In this document: positions 52,013 through 64,000 of the stretch, in pieces
Layout: the number at the start of each line of letters is the position of its first letter
How positions within the stretch are numbered: the first letter of the stretch is position 1
Assembly (NCBI RefSeq): GCF_006345805.1
Contig: NC_043004.1
Location: 58,404,001-58,468,000 of the forward strand
Direction of reading: 5' to 3'
Source: Octopus sinensis
Taxonomy: Eukaryota
DNA: 64,000 nt
The notes under the pieces: generated by a model
Databases searched by the model: none
What the model was told of the DNA's origin: nothing
The model's input: only the letters and a program-made list of their open reading frames with translations
Translations under genes and position numbers: made by a program

Positions 52013-52908
52013 AAACAAGTTACTAGATAGTTTAATGTATGTAAGGTCAATCCCTAAATGGAAGTGATTTGTTCTGTGCAAGTGTAAGGATATTAGTTGA
52101 TATCCCTACAAAGGATGGTTACAAAAAAGCCAAGACAAGAAAATAAGTGATTTATGAAGTTGGATATGTAAAATACATGGAGAAAAAGCATAGAAAATTA
52201 GAACAAACAATAACTGTGTAAAACGTAATTAATTCCCCTAGTAAAAAGTAAAAGGGGATCTAATGTTTCAGATAATACCCTTAATCAAAGAAAGGTAAGT
52301 GATTTGAAAAAAATGGAGGAGAATAGGAATTAGGAATGAAACCAGATTTATAACATCTGTTTACATTGCTGGCTTGATGTAAAAAGGAAGTTGAATAGTG
52401 AGTTAGTTGAACTGACTGAGAAAACACAATCTGAGTCATAATGAGATTAAGTGGAGAAAGAGAGTGAGAGTGATTGAGTGTGAGAGAAGAGGAATGCAGG
52501 TGAGAAGAGAGAGGATAAAATCAAGAGAGAAACAAAGAGGAGAGAGAAGAAAGAGGAAGAGAAAAGGGATTGGGGTATGTGATTGCTGATGTATGTGTGT
52601 ATAGTTTAGTTAAAAGTGCTTTGTTGTCATCTGTGAAGGTGTTAAATAGCATATATATCAAAGGGTACATAGTTTGAACTTCTGTGTATCAATTATTCTT
52701 GTGTAATTCAATAAACCCAGTTAAGTATGCAAAGATATATTTATAGCAATAATAAATCTCTGAACAAGACGATGTTATCCTGGGGCTACAAGCTACAGTA
52801 ACACCCACCCTTAGTGGTTAGCCATATTGAGATGGCAAGTATACCTCACAGATATATTTATATATATTTATACACATGGACATACATATATACAGATATA
52901 TTTATTGA

Positions 52909-52965
<57 letters not shown>

Positions 52966-53295
52966 GGTGCATGGCTCAGTGGTTAGAGCGTCAAGCTTAT
53001 GATCGTGAGATTGTGAGTTTCAATCCCAGACTGGGCTGCATGTTGTGTTCTTGAGCAAGACACTTTATTTCACGTTGCGCCAGTTCACTCAGCTGTAGAA
53101 ATGAGTTGTGACGTAACAGGTGCCAAGCTGTATCGGCCCCTTTGCCTTTCCCTTGGATAACACTGGTGGCATGGAGAGGGGAGGCTGGTATGCATGGGCG
53201 ACTGCTGGTCTTCCATAAACAACCTTGCCTGGACTTGTGCCTGGGAGGGTAACTTTCTAGGTGCAATCCCATGGTCAGTCATGACTGAAGGGGTC
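52966..53295 (+). mobile_element. tRNA-derived SINE with a CORE-like ttgagcaagacacttta domain
   Basis: aggtgcatggctcagtggttagagcg A box and gtttcaatccc B-box-like motif. Confidence 0.7.
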
Positions 53296-54200
53296 ATAAA
53301 ACAAATATATATATATATGAACATACATATATATTGACATATGAGAAGACCTGTTGGGTCAAGCGAAATCATTGTCGTGACCAATGCCAGTGCCACTGGC
53401 ATGTAAAAAGCATCATTTGAGCATGGTTAAAGTCAGTGCCAGCTGACTGGCTCCTGTGCCAGTGGCACATAAAAAGCACCCACTACACTCTCGAAGTGGT
53501 TGGTGTTAGGAAGGGCATCCAGCTGTAAAAACCCTTGCCAGAACAGATTGGAGCCTGGTGCAGCCTCCTGGCTTCCCAGTCCTCAGTCAAACCATCCAAC
53601 CTATGCCAGCATAGAAAACTGATGCTAAACAATGAAGATGATGATGATGATGATATACATATATATAGATATACATATACAAAAAATTCAGGGTGAATAC
53701 TTGATAATTGTAAGCACCTGTATATACCATTTAGTGGTGTAGGTTATAAACCGTCTAATAAAGGCCCGAAACATATGTACCGCTAAATGCATTGTTACAT
53801 CAATTACATCAATTATGCATTGTTATAAACCGTCAAATAAAGGCCCGAAACATATGTACCGCTAAATCCTTTGCATCATGTTTTTATTTTGATAAATATA
53901 GATATACATATAGATACATATATATATTGGAGATGGACATTAAATGAAAATGATGCTGCATACATATTTATATTTATACATGTATATGCATACACATATA
54001 TACTTACACTCACAGACATACACATGTATAATTATGTAAGACATTCTCTCTGCCTATACATCAGTCTATCAAATCATGAAACACCTGTCTATACCCTTTG
54101 GCCAGTTTATACATCAGTAAGCTTATAACCCTTCTACATGTATGTCAGTCTATTAGCATGTTTATCTCTGATAACCTATCATTCAATGTGTGTAAACAAT

Positions 54201-54433
54201 AGGGCAGTGAACTGGCAGAATCGTTAGCATGCAGGGCAAAATGCTTAGTGGTATTTTGTCTGCTGTTACATTCTGAGTTCAAATTTCGCTGAGGTCGACT
54301 TTGCCTTTCATCCTTTCGGGGTCAGTAAATTAAGTACCAGTTATGCACTGGGGTTGATGTATTTGACTTAATCCCTTTGTCTGACCTTGTTTGTCTCCTC
54401 TATGTTTATCCCCCTGTGGGCAATAAAGAAATA
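54201..54433 (+). mobile_element. SINE family C (ggcagtgagctggcagaatcgttagc head; gtcgactttgcctttcatcctttcggggtc core)
   Basis: Further copies at 38591-38796 (+), 49689-50035 (-, with an internal ~112-bp tandem duplication), 50702-50910, 50930-51130 and 57305-57505 (-). Confidence 0.8.
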
Positions 54434-55371
54434 AATATGTATAACAATATCTATCATTCAATATGTAATAACAAAGGGTGAAATTAATTAATTAAGAAGT
54501 AATTAGTAATTTCACCAAGTAGAATTCGGCATGAAAAAAGACCATTTTATGGTAAGTTTAAGTAATACTATATAATTAGGGTTCAGCCACGATTAAATTC
54601 ACCACACACCAAAGTTTAGAAATAGCAGTCAAAATCCTAGCTATTCTTTCTACTTTAAAGGGAGTTCCCAGAAAAACCAAAGCACTTGAAAGCAAACCAC
54701 GTAGGCAAAAGGGGAAAAAATGACGAAAATCATTCAATATGTATATCAATATATTTGTATATCAGTCTAATTGTCCACGTATCCTCCGTACCTTGTAATC
54801 ATCATTTTCCTTGTGTGTGTTTGTGTGTGCGTGCTTACATCCCAGATATGCATCTTTATGTTAGTGTTATTATATTCTTGTATCTGTGTTTGATGTCAAC
54901 CAACTCTTGTTGAATTATCTGCTTTATGTGGTTATGTGCTTATGAATGTTTGTTACCATCTCATAGGTATCTTTTGCTTGTTTCAATCATTAAATTGTGG
55001 CCATGCTGGAGTGCCTTCTTGAAGAATTGACCCCAGTACTTATTCTTTAAAGCCTTGTACTTATTCTATTGGTCCCTTTTGCCGAACCATTAAGTTATGG
55101 GGACATAAACACTGCCACATACACACACACACATATCTGACAGGCTTTTTCAGCTTCTGTCTACCAAATCCACTCATAAGGTCAGCCCAAGGCTATAGTA
55201 GACGACACTTGCCTAAGTAGGATTGGTCTTGTTTGGGAAGCAAATTTCTTACCACACGGCCATGCTTGTGCTATTTGCATATTTGAGTTCACTCTTGTCT
55301 TAGGGTGTAAGTGATTATGTGTACATGTGTGTGTTTGGGTGTGTGTGTGTAGTTCTGTTATAAATGTGATT

Positions 55372-55529
55372 AGGCACAGGAGTGGCTGTGTGGTAGGTAG
55401 CTTGCTTACCAACCACATGGTTCTGGGTTCAGCCCCACTGCATGGCACCTTGGGCAAGTGTCTTCTACTATAGCCTCGGTCCGACCACAGCCTTGTGAGT
55501 GGATTTGGTAGACAGAAACTGAAAGAATC

Positions 55530-55596
<67 letters not shown>

Positions 55597-55810
55597 GTGT
55601 GTATATGTTTGTCTGTGTCTGTCACCCCACCCAACATTGCTTGACAACCGATGCTGGTGTGTTTACTTCCCCTTATCTTAGCGGTTCGGCAAAAGAGACT
55701 GACAGAATAAGTACTAGGCTTACAAAGAATAAGTCCTGGGGTCGATTTGTTCAACTGAAGGCAGTGCTCCATCATGGCCACAGTCAAATAACTGAAACAA
55801 GTAAAAGAGT
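55372..55810 (+). mobile_element. SINE family B, full length
   Basis: aggcacaggagtggctgtgtggtagg head; gtaaaagagt tail. Confidence 0.85.
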
Positions 55811-56286
55811 GTGTGAATGTGGATATGCTTGCATGTATGCCACTATTGTAGATTTGTGTATGTTCGTTTACTTTACTATTGTTATTCTCATTTAGCCCCA
55901 GACCAACCATGAATGAGTAGACCACTGATGTAATGCATTCCAGTTACGATAATGCTGTCTCTTTGCAGGACCCCCTTTTAGCCAATTGATCAAATTAGAC
56001 ATGAATTAATTATGCTATCGTGATGAGGTTCATTAAGGGCAACACATGTCAATAGTTATCCTTTTGCCAGTAAACAAACATCAGAATTTTGTTTTAGGAT
56101 GTAAATTCATTTTGAGTAATAAAATTTTAGTTTTTTCTACACTTATAGAGCTGCCAATATTTGCAGCCAGCTTTTGTTGCTTTCCTTCAAATTAAAGGGA
56201 AATTTTAATCGGAAACTTTTGCTGTGTTTCATTAAGTACATTACCCATTAACTTACCTAGGTTCAAGTCCATTTGTATTATTTCCC

Positions 56287-56509
56287 TTTACTCTTTTACT
56301 CTTTTACTTGTTTCAGTCATTTGACTGCGGCCATGCTGGAGCACCGCCTTTAGTCGAGCAAATCAACCCCAGGACTTATTCTTTGTAAGCCCAGTACTTA
56401 TTCTATTGGACTCTTTTGCCGAACCGCTAAGTGACGGGGACGTAAACACACAAGCATCGGTTGTCAAGCAATGCTAGGGGAACAAACACAGACACACAAA
56501 CACATACAC

Positions 56510-56571
<62 letters not shown>

Positions 56572-56737
56572 TACGCCATGCTTCTTTCAGTTTCCGTCTA
56601 CCAAATCCACTCACAAGGCATTGGTCGGCCCGGGGCTATAGCAGAAGACACTTGCCCAAGATGCCACGCAGTGGGGCTGAACTCGGAACCATGTGGTTGG
56701 TTAGCAAGCTACTTACCACACAGCCACTCCTGCGCCT
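56287..56737 (-). mobile_element. SINE family B, full length
   Basis: Reverse complement of the family consensus. Confidence 0.9.
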
Positions 56738-57649
56738 TTGATTATTTTATTTATTTACTTTTGCAATTTTGCAAACAAAGATAATGAATGAAATCAAACT
56801 TGTGGTTATCTGTCCATTTCATTCAGTTTAGAATGTTAAATAAAAGTTATTTCATCATCATCATTAACATCCGTTTTCCATGCTAGCATGGGTTAGGCTG
56901 TTTGGCTGGAACTGGTAAGCCGGGAAGCTGCACCACTTTCCAGTCTGATTTGGCATGGTTTTTATGGCTGGACATCCTTCCTAATGCCAACCACTCTAAG
57001 AATGTAATGAATGCTTTTCATGTGCCACCAACATGGACACCATTTACATGATGTCAGCCATGGCCATGGCCACAACTATGATTTTTCCAGTGTCGTTTAC
57101 CAGACAACTATGATTTTTCCAGTGTCGTTTACCAGACAGTGGTCATGGCTATGATTGCATTTGGCCTGAAGAGTCTTTTCAAACACCACTTATCACCAAA
57201 GTTCTCAATCACTTTCTAAAACTCAAAATATTTTTCTAGAAAATATCAAGTTTAGGATCATATTCTTTATTATTAAGGGCATGCTGGTGTCCTTGATAAA
57301 GATTTCAAATTTTGGCAAAGGACTAGTAGTTTTTGAGGAGAGAGGGAAGTTGATTATATTGACCCCTTTACTTGGCTGACACTTATTTTACTGACCCCAA
57401 AAGTTAAAGTCAACCTTAGTGGAATTTGAACTCAGAACATAATGACAAACAAAATGCCATTAAGCATTTTACCTAGTGTGCTAATGATTCTGCCGCCTCA
57501 CCCCCTTACACCCATGTCTTTAATAATAAAATTTTTATTGTGTTTGTTTTCACATTTGTTAACATTTTCTCTTTTGAGTTGTTAAATCACTTTTTCATTT
57601 AATGTATTTGTCTAGACAAAGTGATTTACAACTCTACTGAGACTATTAA

Positions 57650-59640
57650 GATTGACACAGTTACTGTTCCTCTTAAACAGTTGCAAGTCAATGGTCATAG
57701 GAAAATACTGAGCTGAAAAATAATACTTGATAAAGGATGTTCTAGAGAGAAAGAATTGGGTTTAATGATTAATGCAAAGTCTGTAGGGGTGGACACAATG
57801 TGGATGATGGGAGAATATAGATGAATCGAGTATACTTGAGTGAATGAGACACAAGAGGAGTGGGTAAAGAGGATCAGAACCACTGTAGTAGAAGAGTCAG
57901 GGAGAGAGGAGACAACAGATGTGTACTTTCGATGTTAGAGTGTGTTGATGAATGGTTTGTACCAGTCAACTTACTTTTAACATAGCTCTCTGGATCTGGC
58001 TTCATAAAAGCCATATTGGTGGTCATGAAGAAGGAAAAGATATTGAAAGTGTTGGAGAAGGTTGTTGTTATTGGTTAACTACCGTTACTTTTGAGATGCT
58101 GAAAGTGAGTGAGATAGGATGAAGGAAATACATCAACATGCCTCACAATGGTGTGATGTTATTGGAAGCCATCGATATAAAAGATGACAGATATATGGAG
58201 CCCATAGGTGATCAGTTTTGTGAGGAGATATGTATGCCACACACATAAGTGTTTTTCTAATATTTTGTGTATAAACATTGTTTTCAACAAATTCTCTTAA
58301 AGTGAGAACCCACTGGAGAATGACATAGAAGAGAAGGACTCCTATAGATTTGGCTTCATGAAAACCATACTAGTAACCATGAAGAAAGAAGAAATATCCA
58401 AGATATTGAGGAATGTTGTTAATAGCTATCTCCATTATCTTTGAGATATTGAAAGTGAGTGTGATAGGGTGACAGTTAGAGGGATCAGAGGGCTTTTTCT
58501 TGTGCATGTGACACATTACAGCATCTTTCTAAAGATTGAGACATATTTCTGAAGATAAAAAGCAATTAAAAAGTTTGGAAAATTTAGGAGATGACTCTTC
58601 TATACATTATTTGATCACAATGGAAGAGATGTTGTCAGAGTGTGATATTGTTGGTTTGAAATGATTGGAGAGGCTTTGGTAATTAACCATGTATCTTCAT
58701 ATGATGGAGAACAGAGTAGAGAGAAAGAAGTCAATTCAGAGATTTACCTGGTGTGTGCCATGTGGAGTGGGATGTAATGTGGACAGTAACTTTTAGAAGC
58801 ATCATGTTTGGGAAATGGAGTGAAAAAAGATTCATCAGAATTGGTAGTCACTTTGGTAAGAGACTGAAAGGAGATGCAGTTTGAGAGATGCAAAGCTTGC
58901 AGGCTGTGCAATGCAAGGAACATCTTTCAAGTTTCATATGATGATCATATAGGATTTACTGGGTAAAAGCCATTTAACTTGTTGGGGCAAATTATTCCAA
59001 GTGTGCAGGTTATGTTTTTACTCAAACTACTGCAACACTGCTATGAATTAACTATTTGGATGACTTGGAACTGTGTTTTGATTGTGTATGGGTTATAGAG
59101 GGACATGCTTAAATAGATTGTTTAGATCACCTGCTTAGCTGTTTCAGACAGATGAGAGGGTGGTGCACATATTTCGTGGGGTAGTAAATATACAGCTTGG
59201 TGAGTTTTGATAAGTCACCTCACATGAAATGCCATAGGATCAGAGAGGTAAGAAAGACATTGTATTGTAATGTGAATATGTGTTGGGTACTTGTAATAAA
59301 GCAGGGATAGGTGACATGAATGGCCATAGAGACTGTGATGTTCTGGTAAAGTTTAGTTTTAGTCTAGAGGTGAGAAAGACTTCAAAGGGTGTTTGAAGTG
59401 TCTGAGTGTGTCTGTGAGGAATATGTATAGGGACGAAACTAATTGATGCAAAAATTTGAGAAGTGTGCAAGGTTTCTTCCCCAATGATCATTAATGGAAT
59501 TATTTTCAAAGCCAGAGGGAACTGAAAATATTGGAGTGACTTCAGAGGAGAATGAAGTAAGGCAGAGTCCTTGAGTGGTTATTAAGAGTTCTGTGTAGTA
59601 GAGAAAACAGTTATACTTAGAAAGGTAGTAGACAGGGACT
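57650..59640 (-). pseudogene. Highly degenerate CR1/Jockey-group LINE with an internally duplicated RT segment
   Basis: Minus-strand HPISLT..SK and HQYGF-like motifs appear twice (~57980-58130 and ~58340-58480); endonuclease-like PFEVFLTS. Confidence 0.55.
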
Positions 59641-59759
59641 TCAAACTAAAGTTACAGGAGTTTTTTTTCTTTTTTGTTAATATCCAGTTGAATGTGCTAT
59701 TTATATTTGGATTTTATTTTGATTATTTTTAATGCATATTTTGCATTAAACAACTTTAA

Positions 59760-62700
59760 GAAAAGCGTCAGTAACACCCACCCCCAGTGGCTAGCCACAT
59801 TCAGATGGCTAGTACACTTTACGTTGTCGAGCGGTTACTGTTTACATCTCGTTCGGAGATTTATTAATGCTTTCAGACAGTTTTTCTAAATCAGTGACTG
59901 TGGTTTCTGGGAAAAACATTAAATAGATATTTGCAAACAGGTTTCCTTAATCGAAAACTGGTGTTTACCATACGTTGACGAGTGGCAAAAACCTCGAATT
60001 TATAGTCCGTATGTATCACTTAGGTTTTCGAGAGGGGATGACCTCCCTTTGCAAATATCAGAAGGGCACAGAAAGTGTATCTAAAGCCAGCTGGAGACGA
60101 CGATCTCCTGGGGCTAAAAGCGTCAGTAGCACCCACCCCCAGTGGCTAGCCACATTCAGATGGCTAGTACACTTTACGTTGTCGAGCGCTTACTGTTTAC
60201 ATCTCGTTCGGAGATTTATTAAAACTTTAAGAAAATTATTAAGAAAGAGATCTACTCTTTTAAAACTGTCCATAGTACCACTAATCACATTTTCTGAAAA
60301 CTTACATGTGAATTAAGTAACATGAATGAAACGATAAATCAAAATATATATCTCTGGAAAAATGAATTTAAATACACATTTCTGTCACCTGGGAATCATT
60401 TAGAATATTACTTAAAAACTATCTAGAAATTGTTTAAACAAATTCTTTGGGAAATTTTTGTTCATGTTTTCTCATGAAAAAATTTCTCTTTCCCTATAGA
60501 CTAGGTGCCAATCACCAATAGTTTCAAATCACTTGGTCTATCGAACAGTAACTCAAGTCACTTCATTTCTTCCATTGCAATTACAGCAGTCTCTTCCTTA
60601 AACTTACTGATTATATCCTCTCCACCTCCACTTATTCGATGTACATCTCTTTGTTTTTCTTGTTCATTTCAACTGCCTTACATAACATCTCAATTTAGTT
60701 TAATTTTTCAGTAATTCACTAATTCTATACTAAGAATATTTAGGTTTATACATATTTATTTAGCTGTTTGATTGCTAATTCTTCAGCAGATTAGAAGTTT
60801 CTGCTTACACTGAAGAAGTTCAGTAAAAGTGAAACATATCTGGAGTTGTCTCCCATAGTTGCTGATTCAAAATATTAATATTAGTCAGCAACTAATACTA
60901 GTGTGTTTCATATCTGATTTTATTCTAACATTTTCATATTCTATACATTAAATATGTTTCCCCCTACTCTAATACTTCATTCTTTGAACTGATCTTTCTA
61001 GAACCACACCCACACTTCTCTACCTGCAAATCACTGACTGACAATATATCAGACGAAACACTTATAGCACTAGTTATCTGTATGCTCAAGTCTAAGAAAA
61101 GTTTTAAAGTATTATGAGCATCAAATATTCTGAAAATGATAAATCAGCATGAAAACCCATGCAGAAGGTTATGATATTCATTATAATAGCTTTATAGTTT
61201 AGCAAAGAAAAGCATATAAAAATGTTTATCTATTTAATAAAATGTTTGTAATAATAAATCTCTGAGCGAGATGTAAACAGTAAGCGCTTGACAACGTAAA
61301 GTATACTAGCCATCTCAATATGGCTAACCACTAGGGGTGGGTGTTACTGTAGCTTTTTAGCCCCAGGAGATCATCGTCTCCAGCTGGCTTTAGAAACAAT
61401 TTCTGTGCCCTTATGATATTTGCAAAGAGAGGTCACCCCTCTCGTAAACCTAAGTGATACGCATGGACTGCAGTTTTGAGATTATTGTCTCTTGTCAACA
61501 CATGGTAATCACAGGTTTTCGATAAGAGAGAGACCTGTTTGCAAATATCTATTTAATGTTTTTCCCAGTAACCACTGTCACTGATTTCGAAAAACGATCT
61601 GAAAGCAATAATAAATCTCTGTGGTTAGCCATATTGAGATGGCTAGTATACTTTACGTTGTCGAGCGCTTACTATTTACATCTCGCTAAAAAGCCACAGT
61701 AACACCCACCCCTAGTGGTTAGCCATATTGAGATGGCTAGTATACCTGAAAATGTTTGTAGTTATAACTCAAAATATTTTAGGCCTTTCTATCTGTTTAA
61801 CAAAATATTGGGAGTGTTATCTTAAAAATAAGGAAATTAAAAGACTGATGTCGGTGGCACATAAAAGCACCATCCGAGCGTGGCCGTTCGCCAGCCTCGT
61901 CTGGCACCTACGTCGGTGGCACATAAAATCACCCACTACACTCGCGGAGTGGTTGGCGTTAGGAAGGGCATCCAGCTGTAGAAACACTGCCAGATCTGAC
62001 TGGCCTGGTGCAGCCTTCGGGCTCCCCAGACACCAGTTGAACCGTCCAACCCATGCTAGCATGGAAAGCGGACGTTAAATGATGATGATGATGATGATGA
62101 TGATGTGCTTGTACCTTTTTTTATGAGTTTCAGCAGCATACTTGAAACAACAAACTCAAACTTAAACTGTTTCATATTATCAGTACTATGAGACCTTAAT
62201 GTACTGTAAGGGTTAGATATTTTGTTTTGTAAAGACTCAGTGATGCCTTAATGATTTCTATATTTAGTATTAGTCCCTAATCTTTTATCTGAATCAAAAG
62301 ATTTTTCAAACCAATTGTGAAAATACTTGATTATTATTAACCATTTCCTACTTTTTCTCACTTTCTCATGGTTTGAAAGTTTATAGTTTAAAACTTTACC
62401 ATTCTATAAATACCGCTCACAGATAATAATCAATGACCTGTACAGAATCTTATTTACTAAATGTATTATAAATGAAGTACCAACCATCATCAATGCTTTT
62501 GGCATCCAGTGTGTTATGATAGCTTTGCTCATGGCACCAAATGGTGTGTATAGCTCAAGTCAGTAGAGATGTATATATTAAAGCATTTCTTTATGGATGG
62601 GTTAAGTCATTATTGCAATTATTAGAGAGATGGATTATGAGTAAATTGAATAATAAAACTAGTAAACATATGGCTAGTAATTAGTTTAGTTGTGTTTATT

Positions 62701-63381
62701 TTTGTTTGATTTACGTTCATTTATTATGTTAGTTTAGGTTAGGTAGGTACTTGTTTGAAGCAGTATTTTTACAACCAGATGCTTTTTCTACTGTCAGCAT
62801 TTTACTGTTTTGTGAGGGAAATTTATCCCACACATTCAACAGTACAAAGTTTATAATCAATAATAAATCTCTGAATGAGATGTAAACAGTAACTGCTCGA
62901 CAACGTAAAGTATACTAGCCATCTCAATATGGCTAACCACTAAGGGTGGGTGTTACTGTAGCTTTTAACCCCAGGAGATCATCGTCTCCAGCTGGCTTTA
63001 GGCACACTTTCTGTGCCCTTATGGTATTTGCAAAGGGAGGTCATCCCTCTCTCGTAAACCTAAGTGATACGCACGGACTGCAGGTTCTAGGTATTGACCT
63101 GTCATCAGCGTACAACAATCACCAGTTTTCGATGAAGGGAGACCTGTATGCAAATATTTATTTATTGCCGTACGCTGAAGACAGGCAAATACCTAGAACC
63201 TGCAGTCCATGCGTATCACTTAGGTTTACGAGAGGGGGATGACCTCCTTTTGCAAATACCATAAGGGCACAGAAAATGTGCCTAAAGCCAGCTGGAGACG
63301 ATGATCTCCTGGGGCTAAAAGCTACAGTAACACCCACCCTTAGTGGTTAGCCATATTGAGATGGCTAGTATACTTTACGTT
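59760..63381. mobile_element. Cluster of an ORF-less ~360-bp structured repeat family in tandem and inverted arrangements (59760-60225 -, 61250-61745 + with inversions, 62862-63381 fold-back); fragment at 52750-52850
   Basis: Shared taataaatctctgagcgagatgtaaacag...tagccccaggagatcatcgtctccagctggc...atatttgcaaa blocks. Confidence 0.8.
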
Positions 63382-64000
63382 AAAGTTTATAATGTTCTCT
63401 AGATATGAAAATATGGCAACTATATTTTTCACTCAGATGATCTCATATGAGAAATGGAGACTTTCATGCTCACACACACACACATCTATATAAACACAAA
63501 CACGATGGGCCTCCATGCAGTTTCTTTTTATCAGCTTTACTCACAAGGCATTAGTTAACCCATGGCTGTAGATGACACTTGTCCAAGGTGCCATGCAATG
63601 ATTACAAAACAAGCTTCTTTACTAAACATGTCTGAGCCTATGTATTCTTGAATGTGGGTATATATATGGATGTATATATAAGCATAAAGCAGTATTCAAA
63701 TCTATAACAGTCAAGGTTAAAATGGTATCAAAAATTAATCTTTTTCTCTCATTTATTGTTTGATGTCTGCTGACGTTAATTCCTCCTTGTCAAGGCTTCA
63801 TTCATCGGTGAATAAAGAAGAATGTAATCATTCTCTTAAACTTCAGTGTTGCTGATGAAGGTTTACTTTTGCTTGGTGAAAAGTGTAAAATACTCTGGCT
63901 TGCTCTAAGATCTGAATTTGGTGCGACTCTCAAGAGCTTTGTCCAGAAAGATGTTTCGATATTCAAGCCAATAAGGAGTCATTTACATGGTCACTTCACT

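Noticed and set aside
53743-53866. 79-bp-period tandem duplication containing GAAACATATGTA (hammerhead 3' half)
   Set aside because: The 5' core reads CTAATAA/CAAATAA and stem I does not pair; at most a dead relic
57072-57135. Exact 32-bp direct tandem duplication
   Set aside because: Ordinary slippage duplication at the edge of a decayed repeat

Overview
AT-rich animal genomic DNA, most likely octopus (inferred from the tRNA-derived SINE families, RTE/CR1 LINE remnants and extreme (TA)n/(CATA)n microsatellite load). Not prokaryotic; no CRISPR array. Only one host coding segment is recognisable: a 1,077-nt phase-0/phase-0 internal exon (10604-11680, +) of a Shab/Kv2 (KCNB) voltage-gated K+ channel, encoding S1-S6, the TVGYGD pore and the proximal C-terminus. 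The rest looks intronic and is filled with SINEs, LINE fragments, Helentron-like and mariner MITEs, fold-back repeats and several hammerhead-ribozyme motifs of the Penelope-like type. Main discovery: the upstream intron carries at least three separate non-repetitive segments (6850-6953, 9760-9791, 9997-10119) that are reverse-complementary to the exon. One is a perfect 19-bp match 4.3 kb away covering the Tyr codon after GYGD. Another is a 20-bp helix whose only mismatch is an A-C pair exactly at the S6 Ile codon (A11249). These are the two positions known to be A-to-I recoded in squid and fly Kv2. This looks like a multi-part, pseudoknotted, long-range editing-complementary-sequence (ECS) system. 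All pairings were aligned by eye; no folding or database search was run.
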